DNA of 42,797 bases from a virus: IMG/VR virus record IMGVR_UViG_3300005511_000021, one strand, 5' to 3'. Numbering within the stretch: position 1 is the first letter of the stretch; every line of letters starts with the position of its first letter. The notes beneath the pieces are model-generated. The model was not told the DNA's origin and did no database searches. It saw only the letters and a list, made by a program, of their open reading frames with translations. Below, one piece after another: positions 31,585 through 39,682 of the stretch. A program made the position numbers and the translations under genes.

Positions 31585-34104
31585 TTATGCTACTTGGGGA
31601 AGAACCGGATGGTTCACGTCCCGAGCCAACAGCTTCGTGCGCAGTGTCGAATAGTCAACGTCCTGCACGTTCGCTGTCGCGTCGATCGCCATGGAAGCGA
31701 TAACGCCGGCCGCCTCGCCCTTGAGGCCGCCTGTCGGCTCCAGCCTACCCATATACCAGCAAAGGATCGTGCAGGAAGATCCCCACGGCACGACGACGTT
31801 CGTCTTTACCCCAACATCGGGAACGATCTCCTCAAGCGGTACAGGGGCCATCTTGTCGGCGCCGGCCACCAGCGAGCCGGGAACGCTGCCCTGCGTGTAT
31901 AGGAGGCCACCAGAGGCCACCTTCCACGGGGGATGCTTGTCGCAGTCATAGCTCGTCACGGCAATCGTCTTGTCGGATCTGAGAGCCGAGCCATCGACCT
32001 TGCAATAATCCTGCGCCGTCGAGACGTAGCCGGTGTTTTTCAGGCGCCAGATCGGATCGCGCTGATACGGGCGGTTCGGCCAGAACAGCAAGCCGCCGGG
32101 ACCGGGATCGAGGAACGTGCCTGCGTCGAGCCCGAGCGCTTGGAACTGTGTCACAAGAGTTCCGGGGATGCGGCCGTCCCCGGAGTTGGCGTGCCACCAG
32201 AACCAACCAAGCTGGTAGTCCCGAAGGTCATCGATCACGGCCAACTGCGCCGCACGGTTTGCCGCTGTGGCGTACCGATAGCCGCTGCCCGGCAAGTCGG
32301 TGGAGAGGCCGCCAGAACCGTTGTTCACGTCCATCTTGTTTGTCGAGCCACCAACCGCGAACTGCAGGATGGTGGTGGTGACCGCCGGATTGCCGATCGT
32401 AACGCCGGGGTTAAGGACATAGGCGCGAGCCGCGGTCTCGTAGCGAAGCGAATTGTAATTCCGATGCGGGTCCATGGTCGTCACTGGAACCATGCGGGCC
32501 ACGTCGGTCGTCATCGCAAGGCGATAGTTCATACTCTCGATCGACGGATCGACGCCATCAACGGTCAAGCCGGGCAGAGGCATTTCGCCCTGGATATCCG
32601 GCAGAAGACCGGACGCCTGGACGCCATCCGTGATGTAGGGGCTGATATCCGAGCCATAGGGCTTGCTCATCGAGCCGGATCCCTTGTAGCCGTTGTTGGC
32701 TTCGGAACCTGCGCCTGCAGCCTCGCTGCCCGTAAAGGTCGGGATGCCGGCCGACTTGTGGATATATTCGCCATCATAGTCCGCGGCGATGAACTGCCGA
32801 GCCGTGAATGTCCGCCCGTCGTTGGTCTTCAGCGCCGTGTCCTTCAGGCCGACCGATGTGATGGATTGGATACCGGTGGAGAAGTAGACCGGGATATCCT
32901 GCCCGAGAATGAGCGTTCCGTTCGTCCGTGCTGGGTCGAGCATGCGCCGAACGCCCTGGACGAACTGCCAGCTTTCGATCGAGTTACCCGTTTGCGTGTT
33001 GGTGTCCGCCCGGTTGATGATCGTGCTATTGGCCCAGGATGTGAGGTCTCGATAGAGTCCCTTCAGCGCCGTGAAGTTATAGCAGTCGACATAGGCCAGA
33101 CCGGATGCCGGCATGCCGCCGATATCCCAATCGGTTTTGGCGAGGTCGTCGAGCACCATGCAGACGGTCTTGCCTTCCTGCTTGGCGGCGTAGGCGGCAG
33201 AAACCCCTGTCCAGCTTGCGCCATAGACAACAACGTCATAATCGGCCGTCGTTGGGGCTTTGCCAGCGTCGTAGTAGTCGACCATGCCGAAGCGGATCTT
33301 GTAGTAATAATCCAGCAGGGCAGCACTGATCTCCATGCACTGGGCATCGGTCAGCCGCACCTTGAAGATGGCGAAGAGCCCGCAATCGTGCACGGACAGC
33401 GCGCCGCCGTTGATGCCGCCGAGATGGATGGTCGGATTGGTGGCAGGCGCGACATAGGTTGTGGACGGAGCTTCGCGCGTGATCCCGAATGTGTCGATGC
33501 TGTTCGAACGGAAGCTATACATGCCCTGGCCCGGGCTGATGGTCGCCGAAGTGGAAACGTAGTTCGCAGCCTGAAGACGCGCATTGATCTTGTTGGAGGC
33601 GTCCCGGATATTACCCCCGATGCCATCTGCGCCGGCCGTCTGCGCGCCGAAGTCACCGCTGCTGGCGGCGTTGCTGGACCGGGAATAGTAGAAGATCGTG
33701 AACTGGCCTTGGGCGAAGGTCTGCAGTCCGATGCCGGTGTTATATTTGGCTGTTGACAGCCAGCTTCCCCAGCGGTCGTTTGCCGTATAGGTCGGGACAC
33801 CCGCACCAGTCAGGGTCAGATCGTTCGTGCCGGGATGAAACTTGTTGACGCGGCTGTTGATTTCGGTCGGCGTGTCTGGCGAATACATGGCCAGGGCATC
33901 GGCCATGCTTACACCAGCGCCCTTGATGCGGACGATGAGCCGGTCAAAGGCAAGCTTCTGCCGTCTGGTCATCGGAATGCCGGCCGCCGTCTTCGACGTG
34001 TTGAGCGTATCGGTTTCCGTCTGGAACTGGAAATCCGGGAGCGATGTGCCCCCTCCTCCGCTTCTCACGCCTGTAAGGGCCAGGTTCAGTCCAAGCATGG
34101 TCAT
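31585..34104 (-). CDS. Tailspike-position protein: N-terminal virion/lectin-like region plus an FAD-dependent-oxidoreductase-type (PF12831-like) domain
   Basis: 839 aa. Dinucleotide-binding fingerprint DYDVVVYGASWTGVSAAYAAKQEGKTVCMVLDD around residue 290. C-terminal NVVVPWGSSCTILCWYMGRLEPTGGLKGEAAGVIASMAI resembles the closing segment of that family. Confidence 0.75.
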   Translation of the reverse strand: MTMLGLNLALTGVRSGGGGTSLPDFQFQTETDTLNTSKTAAGIPMTRRQKLAFDRLIVRIKGAGVSMADALAMYSPDTPTEINSRVNKFHPGTNDLTLTGAGVPTYTANDRWGSWLSTAKYNTGIGLQTFAQGQFTIFYYSRSSNAASSGDFGAQTAGADGIGGNIRDASNKINARLQAANYVSTSATISPGQGMYSFRSNSIDTFGITREAPSTTYVAPATNPTIHLGGINGGALSVHDCGLFAIFKVRLTDAQCMEISAALLDYYYKIRFGMVDYYDAGKAPTTADYDVVVYGASWTGVSAAYAAKQEGKTVCMVLDDLAKTDWDIGGMPASGLAYVDCYNFTALKGLYRDLTSWANSTIINRADTNTQTGNSIESWQFVQGVRRMLDPARTNGTLILGQDIPVYFSTGIQSITSVGLKDTALKTNDGRTFTARQFIAADYDGEYIHKSAGIPTFTGSEAAGAGSEANNGYKGSGSMSKPYGSDISPYITDGVQASGLLPDIQGEMPLPGLTVDGVDPSIESMNYRLAMTTDVARMVPVTTMDPHRNYNSLRYETAARAYVLNPGVTIGNPAVTTTILQFAVGGSTNKMDVNNGSGGLSTDLPGSGYRYATAANRAAQLAVIDDLRDYQLGWFWWHANSGDGRIPGTLVTQFQALGLDAGTFLDPGPGGLLFWPNRPYQRDPIWRLKNTGYVSTAQDYCKVDGSALRSDKTIAVTSYDCDKHPPWKVASGGLLYTQGSVPGSLVAGADKMAPVPLEEIVPDVGVKTNVVVPWGSSCTILCWYMGRLEPTGGLKGEAAGVIASMAIDATANVQDVDYSTLRTKLLARDVNHPVLPQVA

Positions 34105-34110
34105 GGGCGT

Positions 34111-34329
34111 CTACTTTCGGCAGGCCGGCAGTTTGTCGCACGTCTGATTATGCGCGACGACCTGCTTGGCGAAGGGGATATCGTTGGCGATGATGAATTT
34201 CCGGGTGACGGCAGACGGGCTTAGACGCTCGAATCCGGCACCGTCATTCGCAGAGGTTGTCGCCTGGCACCCAGACGCCGCCCAAGCGACGGCAAATATC
34301 GGCAGGAGAGAGTTTGCCAATCTCAGCAT
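34111..34329 (-). CDS. o-spanin (outer-membrane lipoprotein, Rz1-like)
   Basis: 72 aa. Signal peptide plus lipobox AASGC. Overlaps the 3' end of the i-spanin gene out of frame. Confidence 0.75.
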   Translation of the reverse strand: MLRLANSLLPIFAVAWAASGCQATTSANDGAGFERLSPSAVTRKFIIANDIPFAKQVVAHNQTCDKLPACRK

Positions 34330-34522
34330 TGGTTTTGCCTCGTTCTCGAATTAGATCCATCGATCGCTGAAGAGCAGCGGTGCGTTCTGCGTCCCTGCCC
34401 TCACTACGGGCCGCAGGAAGCCACCAGATAGCGTTTATGACGATCAGGATGGATGCGGAGGCTAAAGCCCCGGCAAGCGCTGCTGCGGGCAGCTTGAGGG
34501 CGTCAGGGATAAAGGAAAGCAT
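34244..34522 (-). CDS. i-spanin (Rz-like)
   Basis: 92 aa from the internal ATG 34522, which overlaps the endolysin TGA (ATGA). N-terminal TM LPAAALAGALASASILIVINAIWWL, then a charged periplasmic helix with C-terminal Cys residues. Confidence 0.7.
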   Translation of the reverse strand: MLSFIPDALKLPAAALAGALASASILIVINAIWWLPAARSEGRDAERTAALQRSMDLIRERGKTNAEIGKLSPADICRRLGGVWVPGDNLCE

Positions 34523-35211
34523 CAGTTCTTCATCCTGTCCCAGACGTATAGGCCGCCGCCGACAAGGCAGGCGATGACGAGGATGGCCGCGAGCGCGTAG
34601 GCGATCGGTCCATTGGTCGGAACGAACTGCAGTCCGCCACCAGACAGGAGCGCGGTCCCGGTGCTGAGCACCTTGCCGTTGATGAGCGGCGCGCGCTGCT
34701 TGTCGGCGATCGTGCCGGAAGACTGAACGAATGATCCCTCGGCCCAGAGCCCCGCCTCGGCCGCGCGCCGGTTGACAAGCCCCTGCATCGTCTTGCCCTT
34801 GGATTTCGTCCATTTGGCAAGCTCAGCCGGGACAGCGGCATAATTGCCGGTATTGAGCTTCTTCAGGAGCGTGGAAGATCGGAAGTTTGCTGCGCCGACG
34901 TTGAACGCAAAACTGACGAGAGCCGCAAACTGGTTGTCGTTGAGCGGAACCTTGACGCTGGCCTCTACGACAGCCTCGAACGCCGCCAGATCCTGATAGA
35001 GAAGATCGGTCGATTGCTGCGAGGTGATCGTCATGCCGGGGCGCACGTCGGGCCCAGTGTGCCCTACCCCGATTGTCAATGTTCCCTTGATCCTGTCGCC
35101 GCTCTTGATGCGGCGGCGATTGGATGGCGGGTCGAAGTCGTCATAGGCGAAGAGGATTTCCCCCTCCCACTGTTTAAGCTTCTGGATGCCATAAGCGCTG
35201 ATCTTGCGCAT
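34522..35211 (-). CDS. GH24 lysozyme (endolysin) with a C-terminal transmembrane helix
   Basis: WEGEILFAYDD...TLTIGVGHT carries the catalytic E/D/T pattern. C-terminal IAYALAAILVIACLVGGGLYVW. I prefer ATG 35211 (GGAGAGA Shine-Dalgarno), giving 229 aa. Confidence 0.88.
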   Translation of the reverse strand: MRKISAYGIQKLKQWEGEILFAYDDFDPPSNRRRIKSGDRIKGTLTIGVGHTGPDVRPGMTITSQQSTDLLYQDLAAFEAVVEASVKVPLNDNQFAALVSFAFNVGAANFRSSTLLKKLNTGNYAAVPAELAKWTKSKGKTMQGLVNRRAAEAGLWAEGSFVQSSGTIADKQRAPLINGKVLSTGTALLSGGGLQFVPTNGPIAYALAAILVIACLVGGGLYVWDRMKN

Positions 35212-35318
35212 GGGGTTTCTCTCCATTGGTGAAATAGGAAGGAGACTGCGCGCCAGTTGTGGACGAGCATGGAAGTCTCCAGATTGTCAGAAGATTCGCG
35301 TTAAGGTATGCATTGGGG

Positions 35319-36086
35319 ATGAAACTCATCCCGCTCTTGTTTTCAGCGCTGCTCTTTGCCTGCCAGGCGTTCGCCCAGGCTGGGCCGTCCGAGCCGCTTC
35401 TCGCCAAAATGATGGTCGCCCGGGACAGTTACGGAAGCGTGATCTTCACCTTTGGTGACAGCATCATGCGAGGCTATGCCCTCGGCTTCTTCCCGGACAG
35501 CTCGACGAAAGAACAGATGGACAATCCGGACTGGGAGCTTCGTTCCCCAGCCTCGCAGTTGCGCAGCCGTGGCTTCATGGCTGTCTACGCCGGCCTGAAC
35601 GGACAGCCTGATATGGTAGAGGATGGGGCAGAGTGGATTTCGGATCTCGTCAAGCGCGGCGTTATCCGCGATGGTGATGTGGTTGTGCTCGAAGACGCGG
35701 GACGCCACGACAAGGCCCCGATGGTATATTTCGACAACTGGTTGAAGATCGGCGCCGCGCTCAGGGGCGTTGATGTCAAGCTGATCATGATGACCATACC
35801 GGACGATATCAAATCCCCTGTTGTCGGTGGAGAACCTGCCGACCTATACCGCTATTCCATCGATTTCGGAGGGGTGAGCTATAACGATGCGACGACCTTT
35901 GCGGCCCATGTCCTCGGTGCCAAGCTTATTGACCTCAAAACCATGATAAACGAGGTCACGAAATCGGGGTATACCGTCCTGCATGATGACGGGATACATC
36001 AGAACATCAAAGGACAGACAATCATGGTGGATGCAATCATCCAAGAATGCACTGGCTCATATACTGGAAAGCACGCAGCGCGTTGA
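35319..36086 (+). CDS. Secreted SGNH/GDSL-family esterase (moron; opposite strand to the late operon)
   Basis: 255 aa from ATG 35319. Sec signal MKLIPLLFSALLFACQAFAQA. Block I FTFGDSIMRGYALG. Catalytic DDGIHQN. Confidence 0.85.
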   Translation: MKLIPLLFSALLFACQAFAQAGPSEPLLAKMMVARDSYGSVIFTFGDSIMRGYALGFFPDSSTKEQMDNPDWELRSPASQLRSRGFMAVYAGLNGQPDMVEDGAEWISDLVKRGVIRDGDVVVLEDAGRHDKAPMVYFDNWLKIGAALRGVDVKLIMMTIPDDIKSPVVGGEPADLYRYSIDFGGVSYNDATTFAAHVLGAKLIDLKTMINEVTKSGYTVLHDDGIHQNIKGQTIMVDAIIQECTGSYTGKHAAR

Positions 36087-36861
36087 AGGTCGTCGAGCCG
36101 TATTTCAGTTGGGCATATTGCGTATATGCGAGGTTCTTCAGCCCATTGCAGTCATTGATATAGGGCCGATACTGAAGCGCCTTGAGCAGTTCCCCCACCA
36201 TGAGGGCCTGCCCCCAGACATTCGGATGAATGTCGTCAGGATGCATCACATCAACGTTGTCGACTGATTTTGCCGATGACCGCCAGTTGTCCATTGCTGT
36301 CTTCATGTCGATCCAAAGCGTCTGGCCTCGCTCGTTCGGAATGGTCGCCTGATAGGCGGCCACGGTAGCGGCATTCATTGTGCGCTGATTGGGTGCCGTT
36401 CCGAAGAGGGTGCTGTACTGGCTGTCAGCCGCGGCATTCGGATAGCTGAACATGCTCATCATGACCAACGTGATATCGAAGCGGTCAACCACGGCGGCGC
36501 GGAACTGCTCCCATTGGCTTTGGTAGAGGTCAGGATCTTGGTTGTGCGGGCCGGCGTCTTCTGCCACGACAACATCGCCGCTGCGAATGGTTCCGTTGGC
36601 GACTAGGGCGCGGATAGAGGCAACCGTGGTCGATATGTCGGAACTGAGATTGACCGCGGGAATCCCAGTGTAATTGAATTCGTCTCGAATGCCGTTCTCG
36701 TAAAGCACGTTGTTTGCCATAGACGATATCGAGGCAAACAGCAGAATCGCATTCCGCGGGTCGCTTGGACCATTGGCGATGATCTGCTCGCTATATGCCC
36801 CGAGAGCATAGCCTTTCGAAAGGCTGTCGCCGATGAGATGGATGTGCCTGCGGTGCGTCAT
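36037..36861 (-). CDS. SGNH/GDSL-family esterase without a signal peptide, in the late operon next to the fibre gene
   Basis: 274 aa. IHLIGDSLSKGYALG, VVVAEDAGPHNQ, MHPDDIHPN. Clearly a paralog of 35319..36086. Confidence 0.85.
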   Translation of the reverse strand: MTHRRHIHLIGDSLSKGYALGAYSEQIIANGPSDPRNAILLFASISSMANNVLYENGIRDEFNYTGIPAVNLSSDISTTVASIRALVANGTIRSGDVVVAEDAGPHNQDPDLYQSQWEQFRAAVVDRFDITLVMMSMFSYPNAAADSQYSTLFGTAPNQRTMNAATVAAYQATIPNERGQTLWIDMKTAMDNWRSSAKSVDNVDVMHPDDIHPNVWGQALMVGELLKALQYRPYINDCNGLKNLAYTQYAQLKYGSTTFNALRAFQYMSQCILG

Positions 36862-36869
36862 GGTTTCTC

Positions 36870-38042
36870 CTAGAGAGTGTCGTCGTGCCAGCCGAAGGTC
36901 TCAATCTGGCGCTGGGAAACTGTGCCCGCGGCGATTGTCAGCGCCTGGTAGATCTGCCGGTTTGTGTTTGAGACGAAAGCGTCAATAACGATGCGATCGG
37001 CCGCGAGGCCACCGGCTGCGGTCAAGGCTTGCTGAATGGTGAATACAGCCGAACCAATGTCGGCATCCCCGACCAGATAGACTACGTTTGTAGAAGCTGC
37101 GAGAACCAACTGAGAGCCGAATATGGGCCTCACTGAAATTCCGGCCGGGATTGAAAGAGTTATCGTTTCACTGGTGAATGCGGTTGCAACAGTGCTGTCG
37201 ATCTTTGGCGCATTGCGCAGAAAACGCTTGTTATATTGCTTGAATCCGACAATCGCCGCGCTCTCCCGGAGAATTGATCCTATTCGGCGCTTGCGGTCGT
37301 AGTTCGTCGGCATGGTCGGGGAAGTGGCAGAGGTAGAAAACAGGACGTCTACCACGCCGGTATCTGACCTCTGGATAAGCCAGACATGATAGGTCGTATT
37401 CGCGATAGAGCCAGTATCGAGACCTCCCTGGTTCGTGCCGACTGCCCAGGATGCATCGAGGCGCTTGGTCAGCGCAGAGGCAAGCGTCATGAGATATGGG
37501 GTTGTACCGTCACTTGCGGCCGATCCCACAGCAATATCGATGTCATTTGTGGCGTCAGAGCCATTATTCGAAAGCGTGAGACCATAACGATGGCCCTGGA
37601 TCGCCATACCAATCGTAGCTTCGCCAGAAATAGCCGCATAGAAGGCTGTTCCATTGCAGCGAATGACAGCGCGTTGACCGTTGAGGACGGTAATCGTCGT
37701 CAGCCCGTTGATCAGCTCTGAACCGTTCGGGTCGATCGTGACATCCCCGCCGGAAGCAACAACGATGTGCTCCCATCCATTGGTCAGGGTGGCTGCTGCC
37801 GTTAGCCCAAGGGTGGCGCTTGCCGTGAAGAGCGACACTTGATTGTGATCAGCCTTGACCGCTGTATAGCCGGCGCCGCGAGACGTGAAGCGGGAGACGA
37901 GGTTTGATGCCCCTTGCGCCATCAGCTCCCGGAAGGCGTTGTCGAAGTTATTGACGTTGTTGGAGCCCTGCACACCGATATTGTTGATATCGGTGTTGTT
38001 CGATGCGGTAGCATCCCATTCGAGGACGTTGCTCTTTGCCAT
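36870..38042 (-). CDS. Tail fibre protein
   Basis: 390 aa. The N-terminus VLEWDATASNNTDINNIGVQGSNNVNNFDNAFRELMAQ is typical of alphaproteobacterial phage/GTA fibre N-termini. Confidence 0.75.
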   Translation of the reverse strand: MAKSNVLEWDATASNNTDINNIGVQGSNNVNNFDNAFRELMAQGASNLVSRFTSRGAGYTAVKADHNQVSLFTASATLGLTAAATLTNGWEHIVVASGGDVTIDPNGSELINGLTTITVLNGQRAVIRCNGTAFYAAISGEATIGMAIQGHRYGLTLSNNGSDATNDIDIAVGSAASDGTTPYLMTLASALTKRLDASWAVGTNQGGLDTGSIANTTYHVWLIQRSDTGVVDVLFSTSATSPTMPTNYDRKRRIGSILRESAAIVGFKQYNKRFLRNAPKIDSTVATAFTSETITLSIPAGISVRPIFGSQLVLAASTNVVYLVGDADIGSAVFTIQQALTAAGGLAADRIVIDAFVSNTNRQIYQALTIAAGTVSQRQIETFGWHDDTL

Positions 38043-38052
38043 CGGATATCCC

Positions 38053-39429
38053 TTACCAGAGCCCTGCGCTCATTTTGCCGTCAACGGCGTCCCTGAACTG
38101 TTTGCTTTCCGAATATGAACGGCGACCGGACTCGTTCAGTCCGGCGTATCCCGTCTGCTGTTGCTTGCTGTTCGGGTTTGCGGGTGGCGCTTCCGGGAAG
38201 AAGCTCCTGTTCGCCACGGTCTTGCCCAACAGGCCACCGGCAATGGCGCCGACCGGGCCGAGGGTCAGGCCGCCGAGAAGGCCGCCAAGAAGACCACCGC
38301 CAAGCGACCGGTTCTGCATCTGCTGCCTTGTCCGATCCGCATAAGCTTGGAATTCAGCTGGAGACGTCTGCGGGAGAGCGCCGCCCATAAGCGCCTGTTG
38401 CTGTTGGACCTGCCGATATTCCGGCATCGACATGAGCCCGCTTTGGACGGCCGGCGGCTGAACGCTCGATGTCTTGATCGAGGCAGGTTCATAGTCGCCC
38501 ATGGCTGGTTGCTCGACTGTCGCGGCAGTCGTCGGCGCGACCTGACCAGGCCAGTTGGTGGCGGGTGCCATGAGGTCGGGCAGAATGCCGGCGTTAAGCT
38601 GCTGGTCGAGAAGGCCGCGCTGAAGTTGCTGCGGTGTCGTGGCGACTGGGGAAGTCGGGCCAAGGCGCTCGGCATCGAACGCGCTTACCTGCTGTGGATC
38701 TTCGGAGAGCAGCCCGGAATAGTCGAAATAGGACGAGGCAGGAGATGCGACAGGTGCAGGGCCAAGACGGCCCATATCGGCCAATGTGGGCGCGGATGAT
38801 CCAAGGCGGGATGATCTCATACTGACAGGGGTCACGTCGGGTAATGCCTCCCTTTGAACGGGCGTCGGCGCGAAGGATGAAGCCAGCATCGGTGATGGCG
38901 CTGGGGTTGATGTAGAGAGAATGGCGTCGAACGGGTTGCTTGACGGGCGTGGCGTCGGCACGGCGTCATAGGCAAGTGCCGAAGAGACATTTGGGATATC
39001 CCTCGGCGGCGTTGCTGCATTAGGATTGCGCGCCGTCGCCAGTTCGACATGCCAGGGCTCATTCTTCAGCGGGAAGGAAAGGCCATGTGCCGGGGCATTC
39101 TCCCTCACCCACGCCTTGGCCTGCGGGGAGAGATATTTCAGGTCGGCGGCCATGCCCTTGTTGTGCTGGCTGCGGTTCGGAGGCGCGACCCATTGGCGTG
39201 CGGCCTGCGGAGATCCATATTTCTGCAGTGCACGGTTATAGAGTTCGGCTTGCTTGGCCGGCGACCGATACCCGGAAAACACCTGCAATTGCTGGCGGAT
39301 GCCATTAGGAGCCGTCGAGATGAGCCCCTGAAGAGCCGCCCTGAACTGCGCGTTCATGCCTGACAGCGCGTCTGGCCTTGTCGCACCGCCCACAGCGTAT
39401 GGCGACCAATCGAAATCAGCCATTGGCAT
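38053..39429 (-). CDS. Internal virion protein with an N-terminal M15 (VanY-type) peptidoglycan peptidase domain
   Basis: 458 aa. SGYRSPAKQAELY...SQHNKGMAADL zinc-peptidase motifs, a Pro/Ser-rich linker, and a Gly-rich hydrophobic C-terminal segment GGGLLGGLLGGLTLGPVGAIAGGLLG. Confidence 0.8.
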   Translation of the reverse strand: MPMADFDWSPYAVGGATRPDALSGMNAQFRAALQGLISTAPNGIRQQLQVFSGYRSPAKQAELYNRALQKYGSPQAARQWVAPPNRSQHNKGMAADLKYLSPQAKAWVRENAPAHGLSFPLKNEPWHVELATARNPNAATPPRDIPNVSSALAYDAVPTPRPSSNPFDAILSTSTPAPSPMLASSFAPTPVQREALPDVTPVSMRSSRLGSSAPTLADMGRLGPAPVASPASSYFDYSGLLSEDPQQVSAFDAERLGPTSPVATTPQQLQRGLLDQQLNAGILPDLMAPATNWPGQVAPTTAATVEQPAMGDYEPASIKTSSVQPPAVQSGLMSMPEYRQVQQQQALMGGALPQTSPAEFQAYADRTRQQMQNRSLGGGLLGGLLGGLTLGPVGAIAGGLLGKTVANRSFFPEAPPANPNSKQQQTGYAGLNESGRRSYSESKQFRDAVDGKMSAGLW

Positions 39430-39484
39430 TCCCCATGGATTACGTGTAAAATGCCGCGTCTGAGGGCATTAAAGGAAGATTGGG

Positions 39485-39682
39485 TTGGACGATAAGTTTG
39501 CGAAGCAAGTGGACCTGCACGAAAGCGAGTGGTCCAAAGCCGGGAAGAAAGAACCCTTTTGGGGTCCGGGGGCCTACTGGTTTTTCAACGTAACACTGCC
39601 GACGCTGGTTATTACGATTGCGCTGGCCTACGGCTTCGATTTTATCTTCGGCGCATCACTTGGCTCGCCGTTCCAGAGGTGA
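39485..39682 (+). CDS. Possible small membrane protein antisense to the virion operon
   Basis: 65 codons from TTG 39485, with AAGGAAG 6 nt upstream. TM segment YWFFNVTLPTLVITIALAYGFDFIF. GC3 about 69 percent by my count. It fills a 212-bp gap in the minus-strand operon. Confidence 0.45.
   Translation: MDDKFAKQVDLHESEWSKAGKKEPFWGPGAYWFFNVTLPTLVITIALAYGFDFIFGASLGSPFQR

Noticed and set aside
31933-33756. 607-aa plus-strand ORF, plus similar long ORFs at 4803..5729, 5540..6529, 8279..8917, 8924..9625, 14196..14975, 16355..17329 and 40467..41384
   Set aside because: All lie antisense to, or out of frame with, genes that have strong family signatures (spike, coat, scaffold, portal, terminase, methyltransferases). 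They are Arg/Ala/Gly-rich, low-complexity translations typical of stop-poor alternative frames in GC-rich DNA, and they lack Shine-Dalgarno sites.
34244-34813. The full 189-aa ORF overlapping the endolysin gene
   Set aside because: The first 97 codons are an Arg-rich out-of-frame shadow of the lysozyme gene. Only the last 92 codons, from ATG 34522 (ATGA-coupled, TM helix), look like a real gene, the i-spanin.
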